Assembly: GCA_965206695.1 (NCBI GenBank)
Contig: CBDBKM010000010.1
Coordinates: forward strand, 128,001 to 192,000
Origin: Chlamydiales bacterium
GTDB lineage: Bacteria; Chlamydiota; Chlamydiia; Chlamydiales; JAAZZY01
DNA length: 64,000 nt
Direction: 5' to 3'
In this document: piece by piece, positions 19,988 through 31,130 of the stretch
Layout: each line of letters begins with the position of its first letter
How positions within the stretch are numbered: position 1 is the stretch's first letter
Translations under genes and position numbers: made by a program
The notes under the pieces: model-generated
Told to the model about the DNA's origin: nothing
The model's database searches: none
Seen by the model: the letters and a program-made list of their open reading frames with translations, nothing else

Positions 19988-21081
19988 TACCCCTTATGAA
20001 TCAAAGTGCCGATTCTAAGACTTGAAAATGATCATTGATTCGTTTCCTCATTGATTGAGCAATAGAGGGCCAAGTATTTTCAAAAAATCCGGTAATCGAT
20101 CTCCGAAATTCTTTAGCAGAATTAAAAAACCGATTATTGCGACAATATTCATTCATCACTTTCCATAATCGTTCAATGGGATTGAGGTTAGGACTGTAAG
20201 AAGGTAAATAATAGAGAATAATACCTTGTTTTTCTGCTTCTTGTTTGGTCTGAATACTTGTATTATAAGGGCCTTGATCTAAAATAAGATGGATATTTGG
20301 AGCTGAGGGGTATTTTGACCGTAGCAAAGCAAAATGCTTTGCCATGGTACCGCTATTTAAAGTTTCATAAGCATCTATTGTTACCTTCATACTGTTTAAA
20401 TTGATAGACCCCATAAGATTCATTCGAGTACGAGAAGCTGTTGTTGCAATCAATTTATCTGTTCCCGGTCGAATCCAACCATAAGAAATTTTAGTTGCCA
20501 TAGTTGGATGTACACCATCAGCAAATTCAACAGGCTCATTTTTAGGCAGAAATGCCATAAGCTTGGCGTAAAATTGCATCCAAGCTTTTTGTTGATCAGA
20601 ATTTGCCTTAGCCGGTGTACCTTTAGGCTTTTTATAGGAAAAACCATGTGAGTGTAGCTAAGAAGTCATCCCTGAAATCGTATAAACAATGCCATATTTC
20701 GCGAGAACATAAGAACAGATATCTTCTACTTTGACATAGGTATGAGTTGTTAAATGTTTAATGAATTCTTCTGACTGTGGCGCAAGAAGTTTACTGACTG
20801 AACCACCGCTTTCTACATGCAATTGCTGTTTATTTTGATATTCTTTAATGTGACGAGACACTGTTTCATCGTCTAAAAGCACAGCTTCAGCAATACGAGT
20901 ATTACTCCAACCTTTATTCGACAATAGAACAGCCTTGATACGATCTCGTATACGACCATTCTTTTCTCGTTTATGTTGCTGTCTGAGATGCTTTTCTTCT
21001 GATAGTGTTAAAAATGAATTCATACAAAATAATTTACACTATACGAATACAAAATATCCGGAGGTTTATTCGTGATGAGTA
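19988..21081 (-). mobile_element. IS630-family element type B with a nonsense mutation
   Basis: Near-identical to 29886-30979 but with TGG->TAG at ~20658; TA at both ends. Confidence 0.93.
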
Positions 21082-21901
21082 TATAGAAAAACATCATGAT
21101 AAAAAAACAGCCGGCCATATTTTTCAAGTAGGTATCGCAACAATATATCGATGGATCTTGCAAAAAAAGCAAAAAGGACATTTAAAGCCAATCCGCAGAA
21201 AATATGCTTATAAGAAATTAGATGATGAGTTGTTATCTAAATATGTAGAAAAACATCCGGATTATTTTTTATCGGAAATTGCTGATTATTTTTCAGTCAC
21301 TCCGCAAACGATTTTTTATGCCCTTAAAAGATTAAAAATTACACGAAAAAAAAAACTACTCGCTATAAGGAAAGAGATGAAAAGAAACGGGAAGCTTTTA
21401 TGAAAGATTTAAAAAATATTCCCTTTGACAAGAGGATTTATCTCGATGAAACCGGGATTCATCAATTTTTATTTCGTGAGTCCGGAAGAAGCTTACGCGG
21501 CAAAAAAGTTTTTGGAGCGGTTTCAGGAAACCGCTTTATAAGGCAAAATATTATTTCAGCCCTATCTAAAGGGCAGTTTTTATCTCCAATGTGTTTTGAA
21601 GGTACTTGTAATACCGGGTTATTCAATATTTGGCTTAAGGAAGTTTTGACTCCTCAGCTTACACCCGGTAGTGTTCTTATTCTTGACAATGCCGGTTTTC
21701 ACAAGTCAGCGGAAAGCAGGAAAACAGTAGAATCTGCCGGTTGTAAGCTTATGTTTCTTCCTCCCTATTCTCCGGACTTAAATCCTATAGAAAAATATTG
21801 GGCTAATATGAAAAATAAAGTTAGAGAGATATTACGAAAAGTTACGAATTTTAAATTCGCCATTGATCAAGCAATCTTATCAATATAAAATTAAATGACT
21901 A
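21082..21901 (+). mobile_element. IS630 type A, copy 2 (5' end lost)
   Basis: Matches copy 1 from ..ATAGAAAAACATCAT to the right IR. Confidence 0.93.
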
Positions 21902-22033
21902 TATTACTTTAAATATGAACAATATGTTGGCTATGTGTTAATATTTATGCACGAAAATCTCTGAAAGGAATACAAAATGGTGATTGGAAATAATACTGGT
22001 ATCGATTCATTCCCGGGGGGGTTGAGGAAGATA

Positions 22034-23878
22034 TTAAATCGCCCTCTTTATTGAAGAGCTTTTTAAAGCAACCATAAGGATAGAAATATCAGCAGGAGAG
22101 ACTCCGGAAATTCTAGAAGCTTGGCCTAAATTTGCAGGTGTATATTTTGCTAACATTTCCTTTGCTTCATTTCGAAGACCTTTAACCGCAGCAAAATTAA
22201 AATCTTTTGGAAAAGCGATTTTTTCTACTTGTCCTAGTTTTAAGATTTCCGCTTCTTGGCGTTTGATATAACCGGCATACTTGGTAGTTAACTCAATTTG
22301 TGTGTTGATGTCTGATCCGTGATTATAGAAATCTTTAGGGTGCTTTTTGATTAGCTCAGAGTAGGTATTTTCCGATCGTGTTAACAATTGTGCTAATGAA
22401 ATACCTTTTCCATCTAGTTGTTTAAAACTCTTAGAAAGACGCTTGATTTCTTGTTGAATGGTGTCTTGTTTATGTAGGAGTCGGTCATAGCGTTTTTGAT
22501 CTATTAAACCTAATTGATAACCGTAGGATCTTAATCGTAAATCAGCATTATCCTGTCTTAGTAATAATCGATATTCAGCTCTGCTGGTAAACATGCGATA
22601 GGGTTCTTCTAGCTCTTGAGTAATAAGGTCATCAATCATGACTCCAATATAGGCTTCTGATCTATCCAAAACAAAGGGGTCTTTATTTTGAATACTTAAT
22701 ACAGCATTGATACCCGCCATTAAGCCTTGAGCCGCAGCTTCCTCGTATCCGGTCGTTCCATTAATCTGGCCGGCTAGAAATAGATTTTTTATGGTTTTAG
22801 ACTCTAAGTTATGAGAAATTTGACCACTTAGGACATAGTCATATTCTATCGCATAAGCCGGCCTCATAATTTGTGCATTTTCTAACCCTGCAATACTTTT
22901 AACGAGGTTAATTTGAACATCAAAGGGGAGGGAAGTAGAGATGCCATTCACGTAGACTTCTTGAGTGTGGATACCTTCAGGTTCTAAAAAGATTTGATGT
23001 CTGTCTTTATCAGCAAAACGCACAACTTTATCCTCAATACAAGGACAATACCGAGGCCCTTTACTTTGGATTTTGCCTGAGTACATAGGAGATTTATGTA
23101 GATGTTTTTTTACAATGTTTTTGGTCTCTAAAGAAGTATAGGTGATATAACATGAGATTTGAGAAAGGGGAGGGCTTTTATCAGTATCATAAGAAAAGGT
23201 GATCCCTTCTTCTCCCTTTTGTTCTTGTAGTTGAGATAGGTTAAGACTAAGCATATTTACTCGTGGTGGAGTACCCGTTTTTAGACGGCCTAATTTAAAC
23301 CCCAGTTTTTCCAATGCCAATGATAACCCAATGGAAGGAGCATCTCCTGCTCTTCCACCTGAAAAATTAGTCTTCCCAATATGAAGAAGGCCTCTCATAA
23401 AAGTTCCGGAAGATAAAATAACGGTTTTACCTAAGTATCTGATGCCTTCTTTAGTGATAATTCCACATATTTGTCCATTTTCTACTATTAAGTCCTCTGA
23501 AGTCCCTTGCATGATATCCAGATTATTAGTCTTTTCAAGTCGCTTTTTCATTTCAAATTGATAAGCAACTTTATCGACTTGGGCTCTAGGAGCCCAAACG
23601 GCAGGACCTTTTGTAGCATTGAGCATTCGGAATTGAATACCGGTTTGATCGGTGACATGACCCATTTCTCCACCAAGGGCATCGATTTCTCGGACCATAT
23701 GCCCTTTGGCGATACCACCAATGGCCGGGTTGCAGCTCATTTTCGCAATGGTATCCAAATTCATTGTTAGTAGAAGGGTAGCTGCTCCCATTCGGGCTGA
23801 AGCAAATGCAGCTTCACAACCGGCGTGCCCCCCTCCAACTACAATAACATCGAAAAAAGATTTCGGGTATGTCCACAT
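22034..23878 (-). CDS. mnmG: tRNA uridine-5-carboxymethylaminomethyl modification enzyme
   Basis: VVGGGHAGCEAA, SCNPAIGGIAKG, RLKTGTPPR, GPRYCP, AGQINGTTGYEEAA. Confidence 0.97.
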   Translation of the reverse strand: MWTYPKSFFDVIVVGGGHAGCEAAFASARMGAATLLLTMNLDTIAKMSCNPAIGGIAKGHMVREIDALGGEMGHVTDQTGIQFRMLNATKGPAVWAPRAQVDKVAYQFEMKKRLEKTNNLDIMQGTSEDLIVENGQICGIITKEGIRYLGKTVILSSGTFMRGLLHIGKTNFSGGRAGDAPSIGLSLALEKLGFKLGRLKTGTPPRVNMLSLNLSQLQEQKGEEGITFSYDTDKSPPLSQISCYITYTSLETKNIVKKHLHKSPMYSGKIQSKGPRYCPCIEDKVVRFADKDRHQIFLEPEGIHTQEVYVNGISTSLPFDVQINLVKSIAGLENAQIMRPAYAIEYDYVLSGQISHNLESKTIKNLFLAGQINGTTGYEEAAAQGLMAGINAVLSIQNKDPFVLDRSEAYIGVMIDDLITQELEEPYRMFTSRAEYRLLLRQDNADLRLRSYGYQLGLIDQKRYDRLLHKQDTIQQEIKRLSKSFKQLDGKGISLAQLLTRSENTYSELIKKHPKDFYNHGSDINTQIELTTKYAGYIKRQEAEILKLGQVEKIAFPKDFNFAAVKGLRNEAKEMLAKYTPANLGQASRISGVSPADISILMVALKSSSIKRAI

Positions 23879-23914
23879 GATTAAAATAGAGATTTAATTT
23901 ATATAAGAAAAAAT

Positions 23915-24007
23915 TTATTTTTTCTTCTTGTGACGATCTCGTCTTCTTCGTTTTTTGCGTTTGTGCTTTGCAATTTTTTTTCTGCGCTTTTTTAAAACAG
24001 ACGACAT
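23915..24007 (-). CDS. 30-aa basic protein, bS22/AURKAIP1-COX24 (mS38) family
   Basis: MSSVLKKRRKKIAKHKRKKRRRRDRHKKKK with an upstream GGAG; below the ORF-track length cutoff. Confidence 0.85.
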   Translation of the reverse strand: MSSVLKKRRKKIAKHKRKKRRRRDRHKKKK

Positions 24008-24098
24008 GTAGTTCTTCTCTCCGGAGGTAATAGACTGTAATTAAAATAAAAAATATGCCAATGATTTTAAACTAGATTATGAATAAAAGTAAAGTTGA

Positions 24099-26789
24099 TT
24101 ATCCTTCATTTGGCTCATCCAGGGGAATATAGTTAGCAAATTTACCAAATTCCTTTCGAAATGTTAAGTTAATATTACCAATAGCACCGTGGCGGTTCTT
24201 AGCAATAATGAGTTCTGCCAGTCCGGGCTTATCCAAAGGATCGTAATATTCTCTTCTCAACATAAAGGCTACGATGTCTGCATCTTGCTCGATGCTATTA
24301 TGAACTAAGATATCATTTGCAACAAAGTTATGAACGCCTTCTACTGTAGCATCATAGACATCTTCTTCATTTAACTCCTTTATTGATGTTATTTCATCCC
24401 ATAAAATATCTGAGGTTGCTAAATTTAAAAGAGTTTGATCGTTGCAGATTTCATAAAGGGCATGCATCCTTTTTCGAGAGATTCCTGATTTCAATAAAAT
24501 AGAACTAGAACAGGCGGTATTAAGTCCGGCACAAATATCGCGCCAACTCATTTGAGCCTTATCTTTAGCCTGTTGAACAAAAAGCCTCCATGCTTCAGCA
24601 GGAATGGCATCGATACTAGGATCCGCTACAGTTTCTTCTAAAGATTTTAAGAAAACAGGAGTTATATCACTACGGTGACCGGCAGAGCCAATATTTTTTA
24701 AAAATGTTTTTTGATGAGAGGCGCCTTGAATGAGTACGGGACACATTGTTTTATATCCTGTTTTAGAAGGAGCCGAGGGTATTGTACTATGTATTCCAAC
24801 GCGTAAGAGTAATTGTTGTACTTGGGTTGAGAGAATATGGCCGGAAGAGGCATAATAAATAGAAGCTCCTAAGCTTTTTCCTTTGTTTTTTTTCATGCTG
24901 ATATTTCCATCTGCAGCCCATAGATGATGAAGGAATAGAGAAATTTGCTGTTTATCACATGAAAATAAAACCCCGGGAATCCTTTTTTGAGGGGCTCGGA
25001 CTCGTTCAATGCCCGGCTTATCATACCAAAGTGTGATAGGGTGGAATTTTTCTTGAGTTAGAGGATAGGGACTTGGGAAATAGGAGTGGAACCGGTTTTT
25101 TTGTTTTACGACTCTAGGTTGGATGCCAAATAGAGAAAAGGCACACTGATTTACAATACTTATATTTATCTCATTAGCACTTGTATAGTGATCAGGTTGT
25201 TTCGGTAAAATATAACCATCTCCAAGAAGGTGTGCTAAATAAATGAGTTCATCATTTTGGATTTTTTGAGTAGAGCTCTGTTCAGGTAATGAACGAGGGA
25301 TTGCAATTTGATCACCGGGAGATAAATTTTCTAGAGCGACCCAATTATTTAATTGTCGGAATGGGTGATTACTGCTTGCCTTAATCGTCCTACCTGAGCG
25401 CATTCGCAATTCATATAAAGTTTTCCGACCTGAATAAAATACTTTAGTCATTGTATGTTTGGAAATTTTAAGATTTTTATCAAGCGCATATACGGTAAGA
25501 GGAGTTTGTTTTGTTCTTTTAGCAAGCTCTTTCATGTCATACATTTGCCCGGTATCCGCGTCTTGAATTTGGGTATCTCCCGAGAGACAACCACTTTCTC
25601 TTAAATCACTCATCATTGGACGATGGCCGGTTCTCTCTTCTACTCGTCTTGATAGCTGGGAAAGGCAAAGAACAGGAATGTTTAACTCCCTTGCTAAGTT
25701 TTTAAGCATCCGAGAAATCTCAGATATTTCACTTTGCCTATTTTCCATATTGCGAGCAGAGCCGGATAGTAACTGAAGATAATCAATGATTAGAAAACCG
25801 ATATCATGAGTTTCTTTCATTCTTCTGGCTCTAGCTCTTAAATCAGTTATTTTGATTCCGGGCTGATCATCTATAATGAGGGTATGTTTTTTTATATCAT
25901 TAGCTGTTGCGACAACACGTTGATATTCCATTCCATTTAATGAACCTGTCTGAATTTTATTGGATTCAATTTCAGATTGTGAGCAAATGATTCTATGGAG
26001 AAGTTGTTCTGCCGTCATTTCTAATGAAAAAATACCGACAGAAACTTGGGATTTAAAAGAAATATTCTCAGCTAAGTTTAAAGCAAGAGCTGTTTTACCC
26101 ATAGCGGGCCTTCCGGCTAAGATTATTAGATTGGATTTATTTAAACCATTTATTAATTTGTCCAGGTCTAAAAAGTGAGTTTGTATTCCCGTAATACCGG
26201 GATCGCCTGCCGGCCGCTTTTTATAGGTTTCTTGTCGTTCTTCTAACTCTTTTAAGTAGGCTACACCTGATTCGGATTTGGTTCCGGATAAAATATCAAT
26301 AATTGAGACTCCTGTTGAGACAGAAGAATATTGACTAATTTTAAAAAAAAGTTGTTGAGCTTCATCTAAAGCGTCATAAACATTTTTTGGTTCTGAATTT
26401 GCCAGTTTTTCCACCGATCGACAAGCTTGTATCATTCGTCTTAAAATGGATTTATTTTGCACCAAATCGGAATAGTGTTCTATATGAGCTGATGTTCCGG
26501 CAAATTGAGCTAAAGTAGTAACATAACCAACACCGCCGATCGTTTTCAATTTATTTTGTCTTTTTAATTCCTCACATACCAGATGAATATCAGCAGGCTT
26601 ATCTGATTTATAAAGGGTTTTTAAAACTTGAAAGATAATTTTATGTTCTGTGAAATAAAAGTCGGAGTCATCGAGTTGATCGGAACAGATATTAAGGCTA
26701 TTAATATTGGTTAACATACAGCCCAAGACCATCATTTCAGAATCTTTGGTATGAGGAGGAATAATACTTTTTAGTTGGTTTTCAGACAT
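24099..26789 (-). CDS. dnaB: Replicative DNA helicase containing an intein
   Basis: AGRPAMGKT, FSLEM, IIDYLQL, LSQLSR, DLRESG|intein|SIEQDAD, AKNRHG. Confidence 0.97.
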   Translation of the reverse strand: MSENQLKSIIPPHTKDSEMMVLGCMLTNINSLNICSDQLDDSDFYFTEHKIIFQVLKTLYKSDKPADIHLVCEELKRQNKLKTIGGVGYVTTLAQFAGTSAHIEHYSDLVQNKSILRRMIQACRSVEKLANSEPKNVYDALDEAQQLFFKISQYSSVSTGVSIIDILSGTKSESGVAYLKELEERQETYKKRPAGDPGITGIQTHFLDLDKLINGLNKSNLIILAGRPAMGKTALALNLAENISFKSQVSVGIFSLEMTAEQLLHRIICSQSEIESNKIQTGSLNGMEYQRVVATANDIKKHTLIIDDQPGIKITDLRARARRMKETHDIGFLIIDYLQLLSGSARNMENRQSEISEISRMLKNLARELNIPVLCLSQLSRRVEERTGHRPMMSDLRESGCLSGDTQIQDADTGQMYDMKELAKRTKQTPLTVYALDKNLKISKHTMTKVFYSGRKTLYELRMRSGRTIKASSNHPFRQLNNWVALENLSPGDQIAIPRSLPEQSSTQKIQNDELIYLAHLLGDGYILPKQPDHYTSANEINISIVNQCAFSLFGIQPRVVKQKNRFHSYFPSPYPLTQEKFHPITLWYDKPGIERVRAPQKRIPGVLFSCDKQQISLFLHHLWAADGNISMKKNKGKSLGASIYYASSGHILSTQVQQLLLRVGIHSTIPSAPSKTGYKTMCPVLIQGASHQKTFLKNIGSAGHRSDITPVFLKSLEETVADPSIDAIPAEAWRLFVQQAKDKAQMSWRDICAGLNTACSSSILLKSGISRKRMHALYEICNDQTLLNLATSDILWDEITSIKELNEEDVYDATVEGVHNFVANDILVHNSIEQDADIVAFMLRREYYDPLDKPGLAELIIAKNRHGAIGNINLTFRKEFGKFANYIPLDEPNEG
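24297..25589 (-). mobile_element. 431-aa intein with LAGLIDADG-type endonuclease domain
   Basis: Starts CLSGDT; block B SSNHPF; LAHLLGDG and FLHHLWAADG; ends YDATVEGVHNFVANDILVHN with +1 Ser. Confidence 0.95.
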
Positions 26790-26970
26790 AACTTAAAATT
26801 GGGTGTCATTTAGAGTTTGAATATGAAAAACAATAGAAAAAATCCTGTCAAAAGTCCATAAAAACTATCAGATAATCCGATTATTATATGAAAAATAGCC
26901 ATGAAAATTAATCGGATGTGTGGCAGATTGCTTTAACAAATCTAAACCTACATGATCCATTAAGCTCATT

Positions 26971-27110
26971 ATGAATACATATGATATCATCATTATTGCC
27001 GGAGATGCTGCGGGAATATTTGCAGCAGCAAATATTAAAAATTGATGGGGGGACAGGAGGATTTAACTTGCAAAATGCTTGGACGACAGCATTTATTATA
27101 AGCCGTATGT
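26971..27110 (+). pseudogene. HI0933/BaiN-family flavoprotein with most of the interior deleted
   Basis: N-terminus MNTYDIIIIAGDAAGIFAA directly abuts the C-terminal motif KIDGGTGGFNLQNAWTTA. Confidence 0.7.
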
Positions 27111-27195
27111 TTAGATCTTATTGTGATTTTTTAAGTCTTCATCTAAAATACATTGCTAAAAAGGATTAGATCAGTAAAATATTCTTCTTTTTTTA

Positions 27196-27282
27196 GGAAA
27201 GATGGCTGAGTGGCCGAAGGCACGTCCCTGCTAAGGACGCGTACTCGTAAGAGTACCGTGGGTTCGAATCCCACTCTTTCCG
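27196..27282 (+). tRNA. tRNA-Ser(GCT)
   Basis: GGAAAGA/TCTTTCC acceptor; CGTCC-CTGCTAA-GGACG anticodon arm; long variable arm; GGTTCGAATCC. Confidence 0.95.
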
Positions 27283-27289
27283 TTCTTCT

Positions 27290-27500
27290 CTCATAATCGA
27301 AATAGTTTTGTTTCCCTTTTTTAACCCAAGAGGTATCCGGATCTGCCGATTGCTTAGCGGTGTTATCAGGTTCGACCGTTTTTTTCGGGCGTACTGCTGA
27401 AGTTACTATAGTTGCATCAAGAAGAGCCCCTTCAGCTTCTTTAACTTTCATCCCATGCTTTTCTAATTGCCGGTTAATTTTGCGAAATAAGCGCGATTAA
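27290..27500 (-). pseudogene. IS5-family transposase fragment
   Basis: INRQLEKHGMKVKEAEGALLDATIV..ADPDTSWVKKGKQNYFDY. Confidence 0.7.
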
Positions 27501-27875
27501 GCAACATCTTTTCTGTAAAAGTTAAGATCTTTTTCTCCTTATTGTTTTTGTTTATAAATTTTCACCTTTTTCTTTTCCAACCCAACCTACGAGTAAAAAG
27601 TTTATTATCTAAAATGAATTTATAGAAAAGATGATATACTACCATCAAGTAGCCTTTTATGAACTGAATTAAATAATTTTTTAATTGAAAGAAAGGATAA
27701 ATTTCTATATACTACTTGCTAAAATTTGCAGAAATGAATCATTTAACAAACTTCTATATATGATATTATGCTTTATTCTTCAATTACTCTTCCTAAAATC
27801 CCCCTCTTTAAAATCATATGAGTAAATACTCCACTTTTGCCTAACATTTAATTTAAAGATAACCTATGGAATCTT

Positions 27876-29033
27876 ATGAAGAGCAGTTGTTCAAAAAAAC
27901 CCTCAACTTTAGTAATCGGCCTAGCCTTATTTTCCATGTTTTTTGGCTCCGGTAACCTTATTTTCCCTTTATTTATAGGCCAAATGGCACAAAGTCATTG
28001 GTTATTTGGAGCCTTAGGTTTTTTACTTACAGCAGCTTTACTCCCCTTTACCGGCATTATTGCAATGTTAATTTATAAGGGCGATTATACCCGTTTTTTT
28101 AATCGTATAGGTAATAAAATGGGATTGATCTTAACTGCTGTGCTTTTAACTGTCTGGATTCCCATCGGCTCATTTCCTCGTTGTATCAATTTAGCTTATG
28201 CCAGCCTTCTTCAATTCATTGAGCTGCCTCCTCTGTGGCTTTTTAGTTTGATCTATTGCGTTTTATTGTATTTTGTCAGCTTTAAAAAAAGTCGTATCTT
28301 AGATCTCTTAGGCTATATTTTGACGCCTCTGCTTTTAATCTGTTTATTCATTATAATTATCAAAGGAGTTGATAAATCAAATATTATAAAAATATCGAAT
28401 TTTAGTGAAATTGGCATCTTCTTCCGAGGTCTAAGTGAAGGTTATAATACTATGGACCTAATAGCATCCTTTTTTTTCTCCGCTACTATTATTAGTATAT
28501 TAAAGAATTCCAAAAATGATGAAAAATCAGCTCTTAAACAGACTTTTAAAGCTTGTATTATTGCAATCTCAATACTAAGTACTGTTTACCTGGGGTTGAT
28601 ATACCTAGCTGCTAATAATTCAGCTATTTTAGAAGGTATTCCCAAAGATCAACTATTAGCTTATATATCCAAAGTACTTCTTAATCCCGGATTAAGCCTT
28701 ATCGCTGTTAGTGCGATTATTTTAGCCTGTTTTACCACTTCTATCGCTTTAGTCGTTGTGTATACTAATTTCTTAAGAAAGCACTTATTTAATAATTCTA
28801 ATAGTTCAAGAGGGGCAATTACTCTAACATTACTAGGCACATTCACTATGTCTATCTTCGGCCTAGAAGGAATTACTAGAGTCTCATCTCCTATATTAAG
28901 CATTTGTTATCCTCTTTTAATTCTCCTCATTTTATTTAATGTCTCTTACATGATCTATCAAAAGAGAAAAGCTCTTACACTGACCCCCATTAAGGATAAC
29001 AATTGTAAGGATAACAATTGCAAAAGGGAGTAA
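27876..29033 (+). CDS. brnQ: Branched-chain amino acid transporter (LIVCS family)
   Basis: GLALFSMFFGSGNLIFP, EGYNTMDL, LACFTT; multiple TM segments. Confidence 0.92.
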   Translation: MKSSCSKKPSTLVIGLALFSMFFGSGNLIFPLFIGQMAQSHWLFGALGFLLTAALLPFTGIIAMLIYKGDYTRFFNRIGNKMGLILTAVLLTVWIPIGSFPRCINLAYASLLQFIELPPLWLFSLIYCVLLYFVSFKKSRILDLLGYILTPLLLICLFIIIIKGVDKSNIIKISNFSEIGIFFRGLSEGYNTMDLIASFFFSATIISILKNSKNDEKSALKQTFKACIIAISILSTVYLGLIYLAANNSAILEGIPKDQLLAYISKVLLNPGLSLIAVSAIILACFTTSIALVVVYTNFLRKHLFNNSNSSRGAITLTLLGTFTMSIFGLEGITRVSSPILSICYPLLILLILFNVSYMIYQKRKALTLTPIKDNNCKDNNCKRE

Positions 29034-29065
29034 ATCGGTAACTTTTTAAGTTAAGGAGACTCTTG

Positions 29066-29340
29066 ATGAAGACGAAGAAATGAGAGAGTAAAACAAAATC
29101 AAAAATTATTCTTGAATGCCTCACAGACAGATCTGTAGCAGCTATCAAATGTTTCAATCGCAGTACTAGAAATGGCGTGATCAATTTTTAAATAATATCA
29201 ATCAAGCCTTTGATTCACCTAAAAAAGCGGCAAAAGAACAACGCTTAGCAACCGAAATTCGAGAATTAAGGTTAGTGGTTGGCATGTTAACTTTTGAGTT
29301 AAAAAAAACGAAGAAGGGTTATTATGAGAAAAGCTGCTAT
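29066..29340 (+). pseudogene. IS3-family orfA remnant
   Basis: Degenerate KSKIILECL..KWRDQFL..KEQRLATEIRELRLVVGMLTFELKK ending in an A-run. Confidence 0.55.
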
Positions 29341-29347
29341 TAATATC

Positions 29348-29440
29348 GCCCTTTCAACATCGAAGTGCAACAAATAGAAGAAATTTGAAAATGGCCAAAT
29401 GCCGACAAAATCTCTATAGCAAATTTTTGCAAAAAACAAG
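29348..29440 (+). mobile_element. Isolated IS30 left-end fragment
   Basis: CCTTTCAACATCGAAGTGCAACAAATAG matches the 19637 end of the IS30. Confidence 0.75.
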
Positions 29441-29449
29441 ACTGCGTAT

Positions 29450-31050
29450 CCAGACCTGAGGTGCAAGGAAATGGGTTATAATATATAAAAAATTATAATA
29501 AGAGGTCCGATGATGGCACACATAAGAATCCAAGAACGCCTACAAATTGAAAGCCTACTACAGGGAAATAAATCACAAGCGGCTATAGCGGAAACAGTTA
29601 GACAGAAGTGAATCGTGTATATCATGCGAAATTGGGCGCAACTCACGCAACGGAAAATATTGTCATATAGTGGCCCAAACACTGCACGATGATCGCCGAG
29701 CCGATTCAAAAGACAGCCTTATTGGCGAAGAAAACCGGACGCTAGTACGGATATTGTTGAAACAAAAATGGAGTTCCGAACAAATTAGTGGTTGGCTTTG
29801 CGGTAACTTTGAGATTGATTTTTACGTAAGCGATCAAACAATCTATGAATACATCTATGCTGATAGAGCAAATGGAGGAACGCTATACTCATCACGAATA
29901 AACCTCCGGATATTTTGTATTCGTATAGTGTAAATTATTTTGTATGAATTCATTTTTAACACTATCAGAAGAAAAGCATCTCAGACAGCAACATAAACGA
30001 GAAAAGAATGGTCGTATACGAGATCGTATCAAGGCTGTTCTATTGTCGAATAAAGGTTGGAGTAATACTCGTATTGCTGAAGCTGTGCTTTTAGACGATG
30101 AAACAGTGTCTCGTCACATTAAAGAATATCAAAATAAACAGCAATTGCATGTAGAAAGCGGTGGTTCAGTCAGTAAACTTCTTGCGCCACAGTCAGAAGA
30201 ATTCATTAAACATTTAACAACTCATACCTATGTCAAAGTAGAAGATATCTGTTCTTATGTTCTCGCGAAATATGGCATTGTTTATACGATTTCAGGGATG
30301 ACTTCTTGGCTACACTCACATGGTTTTTCCTATAAAAAGCCTAAAGGTACACCGGCTAAGGCAAATTCTGATCAACAAAAAGCTTGGATGCAATTTTACG
30401 CCAAGCTTATGGCATCTCTGCCTAAAAATGAGCCTGTTGAATTTGCTGATGGTGTACATCCAACTATGGCAACTAAAATTTTTTATGGTTGGATTCGACC
30501 GGGAACAGATAAATTGATTGCAACAACAGCTTCTCGTACTCGAATGAATCTTATGGGGTCTATCAATTTAAACAGTATGAAGGTAACAATAGATGCTTAT
30601 GAAACATTAAATAGCGGTACCATGGCAAAGCATTTTGCTTTGCTACGGTCAAAATACCTCTCAGCTCCAAATATCCATCTTATTTTAGATCAAGGCCCTT
30701 ATAATACAAGTATTCAGACCAAACAAGAAGCAGAAAAACAAGGTATTATTCTCTATTCTTTACCTTCTTACAGTCCTAACCTCAATCCCATTGAACGATT
30801 ATGGAAAGTGATGAATGAATATTGTCGCAATAATCGGTTTTTTAATTCTGCTAAAGAATTTCGGAGATCGATTACCGGATTTTTTGAAAATACTTGGCCC
30901 TCTATTGCTCAATCAATGAGGAAACGAATCAATGATCATTTTCAAGTCTTAGAATCGGCACTTTGATTCATAAGGGGTATATATAAATATTTACGCCGTG
31001 CCGGGAAACCTTATAAGAATGGTGGGGAAAAAGTTTATAGAGGGAACATT
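29450..31050 (+). mobile_element. Second IS30-type element remnant interrupted by IS630 type B
   Basis: ERLQIESLL..WSSEQISGWL..SDQTIYEYIYADRANGGTL|YKYLRRAGKPY resumes after the insertion. Confidence 0.8.
29886..30979 (+). mobile_element. IS630-family element type B, intact 340-aa transposase (29944-30966)
   Basis: FADGVHP, LDQGPYN, PSYSPNLNPIERLW; TA duplication with matching IS30 flanks. Confidence 0.95.
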
Positions 31051-31130
31051 ATTTGGCGAGATCATAAGCCTCCAACACGAAAAAGATCGAGTTGATATCA
31101 GTATAACGAATTAATTCTTTGGTAATGGTG

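Noticed and set aside
21005..21403. 132-aa ORF with a novel N-terminus
   Set aside because: Chimeric read-through from the IS630 type B end into the truncated type A orfA
27143..27451. 102-aa ORF taken as a real gene
   Set aside because: It is an IS5 fragment reading through the antisense strand of tRNA-Ser (ERVGFEPT is the typical tRNA antisense translation)
28991..29022. 15-bp tandem duplication (KDNNC x2) at the brnQ C-terminus
   Set aside because: Only two copies in a variable tail; no sign of function
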